The notes under the pieces: model-generated
What the model was told of the DNA's origin: nothing
Seen by the model: only the letters and a program-made list of their open reading frames with translations
The model's database searches: none
Program-made: the position numbers and the translations under genes
Shown here: positions 1 through 13,890 of the stretch, piece after piece
Layout of the letters: each line of letters starts with the position of its first letter
Position numbering within the stretch: the first letter of the stretch is position 1
Source: Dimorphilus gyrociliatus
Lineage: Eukaryota; Animalia; Annelida
NCBI GenBank assembly: GCA_904063045.1
Contig: CAJFCJ010000020.1
Span: forward strand, 1,356,916-1,420,915
Direction: 5' to 3'
DNA: 64,000 bases

Positions 1-534
1 CTCTCATAACACGAATGGGCCGTTCTTTATGTAATAGAAAAGAAAAGGGAAGATTGTTCTTTAATCAATAAATACAAAAAATAATCAGTTTGCAAAGTCT
101 TTTAACATGGAAATTTTCCCACCAGAAATAATGTTTTTTCTATGCGGATGTTCTCTTCTTTCATACTATTTTTATAATATTATTTAAATCAAACAGAAGG
201 TTATTTTTTTCGATTTTCCCTTCCACTCCCACTCGTATTTAATCGATTGTCTTCATTTGGTACAAATTGAAACATTTCCATTTAAAATTAATGGATTTTA
301 AGATTACCTACACCTTTCCAGTTTCAATTAATATCGGGTAAGAAAGGGAGGTGGCGATAATTGAGAACAGTATTGAACTTGCCAAACGTTATTATGAAAG
401 CAGGCGGTGGATCAATACTAAACAAGTAAATGCAGCGTTGTTTGTAAGATGATCTCGATTAATGTAAATCTACATCTCTGTTATCTATCACATTGAAATT
501 TAAAGGCGAAGACAAGCTTACTCTCAAAGTAGCT

Positions 535-3113
535 ATGGCTCTTAAAACGAAAAATGAGTTTGGAATTGCGGATTATATTGTTTTTTCTTTGGTTTTAATA
601 ATTTCAGCTTCCATTGGAATATTTTATGGATGTTTCGGATCAAAGCAACAGACCACACAAGAATTTTTAATGGCTAATCGGAGAATGTCTATAATTCCAG
701 TTTCGATGTCTTTACTAGCTTCCTTTATGTCAGCTATTACATTATTAGGAACGCCCGCCGAAATTTATGTATTTGGAACAGAATATTGGCTAATATGGAT
801 TGGGTACTTTATAATGATACCCTTAGCTGCTCACGTATTCGTTCCAATATTCTATAAGCTTAAACTAACAAGCGTATTCGAGGTAAAAAAAAAAAGCTAA
901 AGTTATTAAACTTCTTTCTTTTTATCTTAATAATCTCTTATAAAAACTCTTCTTTCTTATTCTTTTTTTGCTTCAGTACTTGGAAATGAGATTCTGTAAA
1001 GGAGTGAGAATATTTGCAGCAGTAGTTTTCATTATACAAATGATTATGTACTTGGCAATTGTTCTTTATGCCCCATCGTTAGCATTAAACGCCGTAACTG
1101 GTATTAACGTTTGGATATCCGTTTTGAGCGTTGGTTGTGTTTGTACGTTCTATACGTCAATAGTAAGTAGAAAGGATGTTAATTATAGTAGGCCTATATT
1201 TAAAGTTAATAACCTCGTGTAGTCGTTCCCTTTCATATAAAAGTTCTTTTTATTGTTTAGGGGGGAATGAAGGCAGTCATGTGGACCGATACATTTCAAG
1301 TGTGTATGATGATGGCTGGTTTGTTTGCAGTTTTAATTCAAGGTTCAATAGATTTTGATGGTTTTTCCAACATATGGAACATTAATAAGAGAGGAGATCG
1401 AGTTGAATTTTTCAAGTACATTTTATAGAATAATTATTATCCTCTTGACAATTTTATTTCATTTCTTTTCTCTGTCACTAGTTTTGATCCAGATCCTTTA
1501 AAACGGCATACAGTTTGGAGTCTAATTTTTGGTGGTGCATTTACTTGGTTAGCAATATATGGTGTGAATCAAGCACAAGTCCAAAGGGCTTTAACAACTC
1601 GTACTCTTCGGGAATCTCAATTGTTAGCATGTTTATATAAGACAGTTGTTATATCATATTTCTGGTTTTTTTTAGCGCACTATGGATCAATTTTCCGGGA
1701 CTAACATTAATTTTGACAATTACTGGACTTTGTGGAATGGTTATTTACGCTCAATATGAAAATTGCGATCCTATTGAATTTCATGATATTCCTCGTGATC
1801 AACTTTTGCCTCTCTACGTTATGGATAATTTAGCTCATATTAAAGGTTTAGCTGGTTTATTCACAGCATGCCTGTTTAGTGGAGCACTTAGGTTTAAAAG
1901 ATTCTTTTTTTACTTTAAACATCGGATATTTATTCTATTTTAAATGCAATGTGTTTGAAATTATAGTACAATTTCATCTGGCTTGAATTCTCTGTCTGCT
2001 GTAACTCTTCGAGATCTTTTTCAATTGATTTGGTTTAAAAATTTGACAGAAAAGAGAGCTACTTTTCTCACAAAGTTATTAGGTAAACTTTCAATAAACT
2101 CCTATACATACTTTATATTTTATATAAAATTATATATAACAACAGCTCTAGGATATGGGATTATTATGATTGCGTTAACATTTGTCGCTTCTCAATTGGG
2201 TGGTGTTCTTCAGGTATAGTGATATAGTATATTAAAAAATATACTAATACACGTAATATATTCAATATATTGCTAGGCTGCACTAGCTTTGTTTGGAATG
2301 ATTGGAGGACCTGTACTTGGTCTATTCATATTAGGTATAATATATCCTTGGTCTAACAAGTGGGTAAGTTGACAATGTAAATATATATATAATACCTAAA
2401 TTAATATATTAATTATAAAAATAATAGGGAGCATATGTAGGATTAGTGGTTGGTTTGATTGCGACAATGTGGCTAGGCGTTGGAGCAAATGTTTATAAAC
2501 CTATTATTGAAACTAAGCCTGTATCTTTATCTGACTGTGAAATAGCTAATAAATCATCAATAAGTACAACACAGAGTGTTATAACTCAAAGTATGACTAC
2601 ACCAAAAGAGTAAGAAACTTTTATAACATCATCAAGAACAGAAACATTTTGACTTATCTATTTAGGTACGAAGGATTAAGTTTCTATGAAATTTCTTATT
2701 TATGGTACAGTGCCTTTGCTGTTATTGTTGTTAATGTTATTGGCTTAGCCGTAAGTTTTATTACAGGTATGTAGTATTTGTCTTCCTAAATTCAACTAAA
2801 TCGACAATTATGAATGATGTATTTTCAATATGTTATGCATACATTTTTTTCAGGTCCCCAATCACCTTCGGAAGTAGATCCAAGGCTAATTTGTCCTATA
2901 TTCGATATATTCTGTTGCTACCTACCTCTAGAATGGAGAGAAAGATTAAAATGCGGAGTAAAAAACGAAAATCTTACAACGGCAGATGATCAGGAAAAAG
3001 ATAAAGAGCTAAATGAAGAGTTTCATAAATTATCTGTTAGTTCTTTAAATTCTAAAATAAGTCGAATAACCCAACAGACAGAAGTGATTTATCGTTATGA
3101 ATCGACAGTCTAA
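535..3113 (+). CDS. Sodium:solute symporter, SLC5A6/SLC5A8 (SMVT/SMCT/NIS) clade; multi-exon
   Basis: ORF fragments carry SSF-family motifs ([65 protein letters not shown]) separated by short GT-AG introns. ATG at 535 ([10 protein letters not shown]), stop at 3113. Confidence 0.9.
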
Positions 3114-3247
3114 GACTTTTCTAAGAGTTGAAAACGAGTGACGCCTTCTTTGTTATTGTATTTACTTTTCAAAAGATTTGTATACAAATAGGAAAATAAC
3201 TTACTAATAAAACTATTCTATTGTTTTTAATTTCCTTTTTCAAGATA

Positions 3248-6200
3248 ATGCAAATATTGAAGTTAATTTTATTGATTTGTTCTTTAATATCTGTTAATGG
3301 ACTATATAGAGATTTACCATTTTTATTAAATTATGACAGAATTAGTAATTCTTTAAAAGTATATAAAAGAAAATTTAATCGATTTAAACGTTTTATTTAT
3401 ACAACTAATAAACCTCAGCCTATACATTTAGAGTTAAAAGTATTTGATAGACGTTTACATATTGTATTGTTTAAGCAGGTGACAGGTATTTTTTCAAGAG
3501 ATGCTCATATTCTTTTAGATGGATTACGAATTATGAATGGTTTTAAAGGAGTTCGTTTCTTAAGTGGATATGTTTTTAATATTAAATACTCGTCTGTAAA
3601 TGGAATTTTTAATGGGGAAAAATTCTTAGGTGATATTAAGTTAAGCAGTGGAAAAAATTTGATTATAGATGACGCCTTATCCTATTTTAATAAATCAATT
3701 CTGGAACAACAGGGATTCCATTCTGTTGTTTATTCAACGGATCAATTGAATTTAACTGGAATACGGTGAGCATTTGAAAACGAAACACCCCCTCTCTTTT
3801 TTCTAAATTAAGTGCTTATTTCCTCAACATTTTAGGCCTATATTAATCGATCAACCAAAAGTAAAGATTAAATAAATTAAATCTTAACTAAAATAAACAA
3901 GCTTTTCACATTTTTTCTACGATTGTCTTCCTTACGAATAAAATTCTCTTTTTGAAAGACTAATGTACTTGACAAAGGATATTTGAGACGCTTTAGACGG
4001 TCTAGAATAAAAATATTGGGGAAAAAACTAGTCAAGATCTGTCAAATGAGATTGACGGTTGATCCATTATTCGTAGAAGACTTTATAAAAAATAGAGGAT
4101 TAGTAAATACACACAAAAGGAGAGCTATTCTCGCTAAGTTATTTCGCTTTCTTTTTAATAGAGATTAGAAGAGGCGGTACAGAAGATTAAAACCGACATA
4201 TTATCTATATATTCCAGATTTTACAACATAATTAAATCGACTAATTTAGGACATAACCTTGAATTTCGAATAAAACATATTAACTTCCTAACTAGAGAGG
4301 CTAATTGCATGGGACCAGAGTCAATGACTTTGTGTAGGAAGAGCTTGGATCCATTTAATACTTTGATCGCTTTTAGCGAAATAAATCATGATGAATTCTG
4401 TCTAGCACATTTATTCACTTCCCGGTCATTCGAAAACGCTTTAGGCATAGCTTTCATAGGAAATCCCAATCATACTACTTCCGGTATCTGCTCTAAAAGG
4501 GCCAACAACATAGGGTTAACAACCAGAGGACCTGTTAGTAAATTCTTACCAATCACTGTCTCAGCGTTTACATTTTCCCATGAAATTGGACATAATATGG
4601 GATGCTGTAAGATCTTTTTAAAATAAAATAAATTCTAATAGAAAAGAGTCTTTTCGAACATGTTATTTAAGGATAGATCACGATGAGAAAGGTAAAGTTC
4701 GAAGTGAGTGTTTAGGTAACGAAGAAGATGGACAATATCTAATGTCTATTAAAGTTGGGGGTGGCACAAAAAAGAATCATGCAATTTATTCTAAATGCTG
4801 TATAGAAAACATGATTAACGTAATAGAACATCGGTTTAAAGAGGCTAGCGATTGTTTTAAAGATAGGGATGAGCCGTTTTGCGGAAATATGATAGTAGAG
4901 AGGAATAATGATGAAGAATGTGACTGTGGCTATGATAACGAATGTGGATTAGACAGTCAGTGTTGTCATCCGAAAAGTTTCCAGTCAACAGAATCGAATA
5001 GAAGCTCATGCAAAAGGAAGTCTGGAGCAATGTGCAGTTTGTCAGAGGGAGTTTGTTGTGAAGTAATAAACTGCAATTTCAAACCAAAAGTAAGTTTAAT
5101 TTGATTATTCATTTATTGTGTGATAGTAAATAACACTTTAAGGGAACTCCTTGTGAAGAGGAAACCGAATGTCGGGAAGAAGCACAATGCAAGTTAGGCT
5201 AATTAGTTTTAAGAGCAATTAATACAAGGTAAAACTTTGGATTCTTTTCCAGCGGAAGAAAAGCGATGTGTCCTTTGGGTAAAGAAAAACCGAGTGGCTT
5301 AGTCTGCGCGTCTCGAACAAAGATTTGTCGATCTGGAGAATGTCTAGACTCAATATGTTCTCTGGTTAATTCGTCCCAATGCGTACCAGACTATATTGAC
5401 AATGACCCAGAATTGTTATGTTTCATTTATTGCAAATTAGGTAATAGATGTTTACCAATGTCCAATCATACCCTTCAATTAATGAATTATAGTAGAGTAA
5501 AGCATAGTAAACTAGAAAATTTCATTAATATACAAGTTGGAGATTACTGTAATGGATCCGCAGGCTATTGTGATTCATTGAGACGTTGTAGACTTCAAAT
5601 ACCTTACGGACCATTGCCGAAAATCGGCAAATTTTTAATAGGAACAGGTCCTAATACATTATACCAATTTACAAGGCAAAAATGGTGGATATTTGGCATA
5701 ATCACTTTTTTACCAGTAGGATTTTTCGCTTTGCTTTTCTATATTTGTGATGTAGATATAGGAAAGATCGATAAAGTTGTGGAGAGCGTAGAAAAAGCGA
5801 TAAATGTCCATTCTCTATCTTCGTTAAGTAAGTGACTCTTTAGAAATTAATGTTGCCTCTTATGTAAGATGAACTATTGGCTTTGATTAGAATCTTCCCA
5901 ATCTTTGCGTAGGAGAAGAGATATTAGAGAGTCAAGCGAAATATATAGTCAATTTATGAGCATGAAACTAGCGTCTTCTTTAGATAGTAGTTTATCTAAA
6001 TGTAGACAGAAACGCCGTATTATAATTTCAAGAGCAAATGAAATAACTAGAGCTTCATCTAAATTATCCAGCACGAAAGCCATTTTAGTGCAAGACCGTA
6101 TGGATAAACTCAAAAAGATCGAAGAGAGGTCAGCAAAGAGAAGGGAAAAGGTTAGACGACTTAAGAGATTGGTCGATTACAAATTTTTTAAAGTTCCATC

Positions 6201-6399
6201 AAGTATTAGTATTACTTCTGGACGTGCAATTGATCAATTACATGTAATCAAGAAACGTTCGAAAGGAAACAATGAAAACCTACGAAATTTCTTGACAGTT
6301 CCTACTACTTTAACCGCTGCAAGTACCGAAGAGCTAGATACATTGATTTGGTCAGTATCTAATGGAGAAGAGTGCATAACCAGGGCAATTTCAAATTAA
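3248..6399 (+). CDS. ADAM10/kuzbanian-like metalloprotease-disintegrin, divergent; multi-exon
   Basis: Signal peptide and prodomain, then zinc motif HEIGHNMGC|YHD completed across an intron, disintegrin EECDCG, Cys-rich region (GYCDSLRRCR) and TM helix. ORF 5905-6399 joins in frame through intron 5828-5890 (A|AA=K) as the cytoplasmic tail. Exons around 3770-4217 are approximate. Confidence 0.8.
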
Positions 6400-7028
6400 T
6401 TAATAGAAATTAGTCGGAGGTATTTTAAAACTTGATTCGTTCAGTTTCTGCTAATAGCTTTCGTATATATTGATAATTGTAATTGTAAATACAGTATGTT
6501 ATGTATTAAATCCTACCCTTCATTAGATTTAGTGCAATTTCGATTTCTGTGGAGCGATTAAGCGTGTTTTCTAATTCATTTCATTTTAAACATAAAATAT
6601 TATTATAACAAAATTGATAAATTTCTCTTCCTTGGGAGAAAACAGAAAAAAAAATCTTAACATTTAGAAGAGCAACTAAGTCCACCTATCGGCTCTCTCT
6701 TGTAGACCATTCGGAACTATCATTCTCTCTCGTACACTACCATTTTGGATAATTCGCTCCGTATACTTTTTCTATGCAAAGAATATTGGATTGATGAAAC
6801 TTAGAGCTTTTCCTAACTTTTACATATAAAACGTTAGATTAAATTTGCTCTTTGGAATACACCGCCGCCTTTCCGATCATCTGTAATTGAAAAGCGAAAA
6901 TTGAAAGTATATAACCGGTACAAAAGCGTTAGATTTGAAGTTTCTGTCTTGAGAGCGTAGCTGGTGAGTGGATCAATCGGCTCTAGGGAGGAAATGATGA
7001 CCGACTCTTCCTTTATAATTAAGGAACG

Positions 7029-8594
7029 ATGAAGTCTCGTTTTATACTCTATTCACTTCTCCTACTAACCTTCATCTTTATACTATGCTTACTCTTTTGG
7101 GATTCCGCGATAACAATTGAGGTTAAGTTTTATTACTCTTCCTTCTACTTCTCCTAAAAAGAGAAGAAAGAAAACAAAATTTTCTACCGATTGCAAAATT
7201 GCGTGACATGCGTTATTTTACGCTAGAAATTTTACTTAACAGATCGGCAATCGGACGTCATACGAACGCGAAGAATCGATAACCTTTAGGAACTTACCAA
7301 CTTATTCTATTTTGCCGAAAACATCCGAGGCAAAGGCTTTCACAATTTTTAACAGGTTTCTCTTTATCTCTTAGATTTCAAACTATAACTTGGTTCAAAA
7401 AACACTATTCTCAATTCTTTTAGCTTTCTTAATCAAATACGAGCAATATGCCCGAAGATTCGACGCTTGAACGATTTAGACATATGTGATGTGAAACCGT
7501 ATAAAATCTCGACTAATGCGATGTCGTTCGGGTAAGTAGACAGAGAATATTCGTGCTTCACATAACAATATTGTGAAATATTAGTAAAAATGCCATATAT
7601 ATACTGTATATACTGTATATATACTGTGAAAAAATTAAAAGAACAGCACTCTGTTCGCATTTGAACGGTTCTACAGACATTTAGGATAAATAGGTCTAGA
7701 CTGTGCCCTATGAAACACCCCAAGGGAAGACGAAATATACTTTCTCGTTTAGTGGTTAGATAAGTGATAGTAGTAAAAAAGGGTGAAGAAAGGGAGACGA
7801 CTACGGATAAGTTAATCTTTTCCATTAGGTTGTGGAAATAATTAAATTTATAAAACGTCGCATAAAAATGACAAGGAAAAATATGTGAAAAAAAAGAAAG
7901 GAGAAGGGTCACGATAAGAGGTTAGAAAGGCTAGCGAAAAGAGAGATGAAGAAAAAATAGGCAAGAGAAGAAAAGCGACAAGAGAAGCGGCATTCGTTAG
8001 CGACGTACTTATAATACATTAGTCATATTAAAAAAAAAGTAATTGAGCTGATTATTATTGGTAGGAGTATGCATTTATTTCGCTCCAGGGGGGCATTTAT
8101 GAGAATTCAGAGCTGTAATATGAAGTAGCCTACTTACCATCAGGGGCTAAAATTCGAGTCTTGCAGATTTTTTTTTGCAGATTGCCTATTTTAGCTTTAG
8201 TCAAGGAAAAAGCCACTTATATTAGTGATTATTCAAAGCCAGGCTCATTCATATTCGCTTTCTCAGCTGTTCTTTTCTCCTTGATAGCAATCTCACCGTT
8301 AGCGTTGGCTTGCGAGACACTTTTTCTCCAAAGACGGAGGACGTGATAAGCATTCGTCTACGATTGAACGACGACTGGAATACGATCCGACGGCGCATTA
8401 GGCAGATTAGATTCAAACAATTACTCATTATAATTCCTGGAAGACTGCTAAAACTAGAGTTTCGTCGTCTATTTCATTTCCTAACGGATATCGAAGGAAC
8501 TGCTTTAAGAAAATGGCAAGTCACCACTTCTAGCGAGGTCGTCGTATTACATTACATTAACAGTTGGTACGCTTTCGAGTTAGTTTCACAATAA
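7029..8594 (+). CDS. METTL24-like (Methyltransf_22-type) unit 1 with N-terminal signal anchor; degenerate domain
   Basis: Manual exons with consistent phases: 7029-7121 (MKSRFILYSLLLLTFIFILCLLFW), 7243-7355, 7424-7531 (FLNQIRAICPKIRRL...SFG) and about 8288-8594 (KQLLIII...RKW...LHYINSW). They align by eye with unit 2. Middle exons (7532-8287) are unresolved. Confidence 0.6.
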
Positions 8595-8778
8595 AAAAGA
8601 GTATATACTATCTTTATCCTGCCCTAATTAGATAAGCTTGATTTTCCTTTATTCTCAAAATCTTCTCTCTTCTCCCGATTCCTAAATCCCTATAGAACGG
8701 TCTCTTTCTTAGTAATGATTAAACCCCTTCATTCTTTATGTCATTGTAATATACTCAAAAATCATTTCCACTTTTCAG

Positions 8779-9698
8779 GCACGTCAATCAATTTAAATTA
8801 CTAAGAGCACATCGAAATAAATTCAGATTTACCAATTCATTAGCAAGAGCAGAGAGTAAATTTTACGACTACGTAGAAGAATTGCAGGTGGGCTGTAAGG
8901 ATATTAGACGCCTTGGGGCTAAAGGAGATGGCGGCTATAGTATTTGCTTCGATAGTCCTTTTGAATTAAGGAACTCTAACTGCCTTATTTATTCCTTCGG
9001 GTAGGTAGATTAATTTAATCGATGGATGAGATTATTCCACCAGTTATGCGTAAACATTAATTCTATTAGGATAGGACTCGATTCGACTTTCGATCGGGAA
9101 ATCTCGAAGATCTATAACTGTACGGTTTTAGGTTACGATTATTCGTATGTATAAGACATTTTTATACTAATTCGCTTAGAGACCATGTCTTAACTATTTT
9201 CTATATATACTTAGCCTCCCATCAACCGTGAAGGGAATAAAACTACATCGGATTGCTCTTGGTGATAGTAATTATATAACGACGGACGGAAGGAATGTTC
9301 GAACTTTATGGAAAATTCTCGAATTAAATGGTCACTTAAATAATCATATCGACTTTTTAAAAATAGACATTGAAGGTGATGAATGGGACTCTCTACTTGC
9401 AGCTTTCATTCAAAATGCTTTGAAGAATGTAAAGCAATTAGCTTTAGAAGTTCATACTGATGAGTTAGTTCCGTCTTTCGAAGCGGCTAGTGGACGTACT
9501 TCCGGTAAACCTACATCGCTTGACCGTTACAAAAAGTTCGTTAAAGTAATGGAGGCTTTGGAAAGAGCCCATTTTTTTAAGTGGAGAAGTCAGCCAAATC
9601 CTACTAGTAGTTTCCGATCACAGAAAACTTCGAAAAAGAGGACTTGTTGTTATGATCTCAATTATATTAACTTAAATTTTTTCAATATGCAGACGTGA
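8779..9698 (+). CDS. METTL24-like methyltransferase domain, unit 2 (no own start exon found)
   Basis: Exons 8779-9001 (GCKDIRRLGAKGDGGYSICFD...LIYSFG), about 9071-9145 (IGLDSTFD...CTVLGYD) and about 9215-9698 (IDFLKIDIEGDEW, KQLALEVH, CCYDLNYIN). Confidence 0.85.
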
Positions 9699-9750
9699 TA
9701 AAGCCATAGATTTTTTGCTATATTTGTTATTTTGGAACTGGTTAAATTTT

Positions 9751-11480
9751 TTATAATCCTAAATAAGCGATTAGGTAGAAAACACCATAAATTAAGGCGA
9801 AAACAAGCAATAGAATCCAAATTGCACTGATTGTACCTGAAATAGAATTATACAATATCATATAAAATTAACAAGATATGAATAGTATAATAACAGTAAA
9901 TTCACTTACGCCTAGGAGTCACTTGGTGACACATAATTTTATGATCTGCAGAAACGGTGAGTAGGGTAAAATCATCATTATTGGTAATTCTTTTAGTAGT
10001 ATCAGAACTGGACAAAAATTCCACATCCGTTACAAATATACCGTGGCATTCTTTGATGTTATACAATAGCTAAAGGAATTATTAAAAAAATTAATTAAAT
10101 GATATATTAATAAAAAAAATATTAATAAACCTGTAAACTAAAGGCAATATATATGGAGACACTTCCGGGTATAGTTCCTATTCCTATATATGATCCATCT
10201 TCACTAATACAAAAGGCAGATATGAGTTCATTATTTGTCTCCGTACATTTTAGGGGTTGGTTTTTCCCTAGATCCCACTTAGTCAAAAAGCAGTTTGCTG
10301 GCTTTTTAGTTCGTCTCAAAGGTACATGGGAAGTGAACAAATGATGCTGGTTTGGCTTATCAATAACAGATGCAAATCTATCAAGGGATTTTATGATAAT
10401 TTGAACTTTTTAAATAATTAACACTACATATTGAAGATACTTTTATTCAAGCAGCCATATGTGATTTTAAGACTTACCTACAATGCTTGAAAAGATACAT
10501 AGTATTATCTTTTCCTGAAACTTCTAAATCAGCAATTTTAGAGCCATTTTCCGTCCTCCACAAGTAGCATTTTCCATCTTTTGACACTGTTGCTATCTAA
10601 TGAATAAATAATATTTTGTTGCGACTTTGTAACTTATGGATTGTTAAATTTTACTTGATGGCCAGATTTATGCACCGAAATGTCTTCTATTTCTTTAGAA
10701 TGGGCTTTAACCTCGTAAAGCATTTCAATTTTGCTTGAGTTCTATTTTATTTTATTAAATTATTTATATTTCGTTGAATATTATTTTATAGAAAAATGCT
10801 AACTTTCCATACTCTAAGATAACCATCTGCTCCGCCAGTTAGAATAAGTGAATTGTCTGAATTGAAGCAGACACACTTTTGAAAGGGATCATCTCCATGC
10901 ATATCAGTTTTAAAGGAATGTGTCTTTTTTACATCAAAGGTTATTTTTTTAGAAGCCTCTTTATACGATTTAGATGTTGTTAAATTGCTCTTTCTTTGAC
11001 GTAAATTGCCAGCTAATGAAAAAAAACAATAGATTTTAAAAATAGCGTCTGATCGTAATTGTTCCTTACTATTTTCTCCATTTTTTGGGGCTACAATTTT
11101 AAGCTTGAGTTCATACAGTAAACAATTTTCATCTAATCCTAAAGCACAAATGAAATTTTTATTGTCAACACAAACAGCCGAATTCATCACCGCTCCGTCA
11201 AGTGGTTCTTTATGTATACTTTGAGCATCCAATTTACCCGATTCATTTTTTATTTCAAATATTTCCTGCCAACAAGTCAGTATACACATGTATAGCAGAC
11301 GACAAAATACAAGATATCATCAAATATTTCGAAAGGCATTAGAATTAAATAACTTACAAATGCATTAGGTACTCCAGTTTTCGCGTGTCCTCCTCCACCG
11401 GCTACCATAAAATATCGTTCATGAAATCTTTTCACGGAATAAATCGGAAAATTTGTCTCCGAAAGACACAGCGACGCCAT
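9751..11480 (-). CDS. PREB: Prolactin regulatory element-binding protein / Sec12 (Sar1 GEF); multi-exon
   Basis: N-terminal FPIYSV...AGGGGHAKTGVPN K-loop motif, WD40 segments (TGGADGYLRVW) and a C-terminal TM exon (AIWILLLVFALIYGVFYLIAYLGL*). Confidence 0.88.
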
Positions 11481-11623
11481 ATTTGTTATTTGTCGGAAGC
11501 TTTTCAACAAAAATATATCGAAATATTTCTCTGATTTTACTTTAAACTTTATAATAAAATAATTTTTTTTAAAATTTATTCACATGCAATAACTTAAAGA
11601 TTTTTGAGTGAAATTGAGTACAA

Positions 11624-13752
11624 ATGTTTCGACAGTTATCCACTTCCGGCACGTGCAAACTTGTTAGACAATTTAAAAAGATTCTACCAGTGATAGCCGC
11701 TCAAAATATGAGTGTTTTTATCTCAAAAGTCAATACAATGACGGGAAAGCTTGAGTGGCATTTAGAAAATGAAAATTATGATTATGACCAGGAAATAGCT
11801 AGATCTTCGTATGGAGATATGCTTCACGACACTGAAAGAAATGTTAAATACGGTTTGGCGCTGGAAAAAGCTATAAAAGATTTGCATTCTAAAGGAGTAA
11901 AAGCTAACGTATTGGATATTGGTACTGGTACTGGTCTCCTGTCGATGCTAGGTATATCAACAAAGTTTTGAAAACGTTTCATTAGTATACCAACCGATTT
12001 GTTTCAGCCGCCCGGCATGGTGCTGATAAAGTTACAGCTTGCGAAGCTTTTGAGCCAATGGCTGCCTGTGCCTTAAGGATAATAGCTAAAAATGGGTTTT
12101 CTGATAGAATAAAATTAGTTTCAAAGCGCTCCACTGATTTAACTGTCGGTGAAGAGGGCGATTTGGAAGAAAGAGCAAATATATTGGTGACCGAAGTATT
12201 TGATACAGAGCTGATAGGGGAAGGGGCCGTTGAGACTTTTCGCCATGCACATAAGTACCTTTTACAATCTGATTGCATTGTGATACCGAACAAAGCAAGA
12301 ATGTTCTGTCAAATAGCAGATTCCCAATATATACATACTTGTAAAAATCTAGAACCAATTGATACTCTAAGACCTCCAAAAAATGTTCCTAACTGCCCAG
12401 GTACAATATCACTCCATGATATTCAACTTGAAAACTTAAAAGATCAATTTACACCTTTAAGTGAACCAGTTCAAGTATTCACATTTGACTTTAGTGGAAA
12501 ATCCGACATTGTTGACAATGAAAATAAGTGTAATAAAGTGACTATTAAAAACGATGGCAAAGTAAATGGTATGTTTATGTGGTGGGATACTGAAATGTAT
12601 GATGGAATTTGGTTAAGTTGTGCACCTAGTTGGGCTCGTTCCGATCGACCTCAATGGAGGGATCATTGGATGCAAGCCATATTCTATACACAAAGCACTC
12701 TTAATGTAAAAAAGAACGAAGAAGTTTTTCTCTACTCTTACCATGATCAATTTTCTCTCTGGTTTGATGTGAGAAGAGCAGGTTATCTCAAAATAGAACA
12801 ACCGTTGTGCAATTGTGGCTCTCATATGGGCTATAGCAGACCTCGAATTGGCCAATTAAATGACAAAGACTTAAATAATCAATATTTATCAGCCCTAAAA
12901 AGTCTAATTCAACCAAATACAGCTTGTTTGTCCTTATCAAATGGTTCCCTACTACCTATTATGGCTGCAAACCTTGGGGCAAGAGTGGTAAATATAATCG
13001 AACCTCAAAAAATATATCGTAACTTCTTACAAGAATATGCTAACGAAAACAATATTGAAAACAGACTTGTGTTTTACGAAAGTATCCAAGCTTTTATAGA
13101 AAATTGTACAGACACAATAGATGTTGTTCTCTCTGAACCATATTTTATTGAGGCATACCTCCCGTGGCATAATCTTTATTATTGGTATGCTCTAAGTGAA
13201 TTAAGGGAGAAGCTGGGAAAAAGTCATAAATGCTTAATAAAGTCGGTGAAAATAAAAGCAATAGCTGTCAAGTTTGACGATTTAATGAAACTCCGATGGC
13301 CTGTCTATGAATGTGAAGGGTTTAATTTAGATGCTTTCGGTACTTTAATTGAAGTCAACACAAGGAAAGTTGACAATAAACTGGAGCCCCATTCTGTTTG
13401 GGAATATCCCGCCCTTCCAGTGAGTGATCAATTTGAAGTTATGGAGCTTGACTTTTGCAAAAATATTCAGCAAGACCTCATAGTTGAGAAACATGGTACA
13501 ATTTCTCCAGCTAATCAAGAGATTTCAAACGGTTTTGTTGTTTGGATGGACGTCTGTTTACATAATAAAGATGTTATTTGCAACGGTCTTCTTGATACAG
13601 TTGAAACGGGAAAGTACCTAAAGTGGAATAGGTGGGTAAAACAAGCTGTTTATTTTCTCGACACAACTGTGGCGTCAAATCAAAATTTTGATTGGAAGGC
13701 TAAATTTGATGCATCAAAGGGAACCTTCAGTTTTTTATTAAATAATGAATAA
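11624..13752 (+). CDS. PRMT7: Protein arginine methyltransferase 7
   Basis: IARSSYGDMLHD, VLDIGTGTGLLSM, EVFDTELIGEG and WRDHWMQ motifs, plus a second PRMT-like C-terminal half. One short intron near 11953-12008. Start may be 11624 or 11708. Confidence 0.95.
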
Positions 13753-13890
13753 GGATTTATGTTATATTACTTTTGTTTGTTATCTGCAGGGTATCAATAA
13801 ATAATTGATTTTGCAGATTTTCTAAAAAATATTAAACGCTTATGTTTGCAACCATTGTAATAGTTATTGTATTTATAATATATTAACGCA

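Noticed and set aside
5905-6399. ORF as an independent gene
   Set aside because: It has no ATG start and splices in frame to the ADAM TM exon through intron 5828-5890.
7433-7912. 159-aa minus-strand ORF
   Set aside because: It is low-complexity, starts at a non-ATG codon, and is antisense to the METTL24-like exon and intron.
8230-8400. Short minus-strand open frames with apparent splice sites
   Set aside because: Better explained as antisense to the plus-strand METTL24-like exon; no complete gene model.
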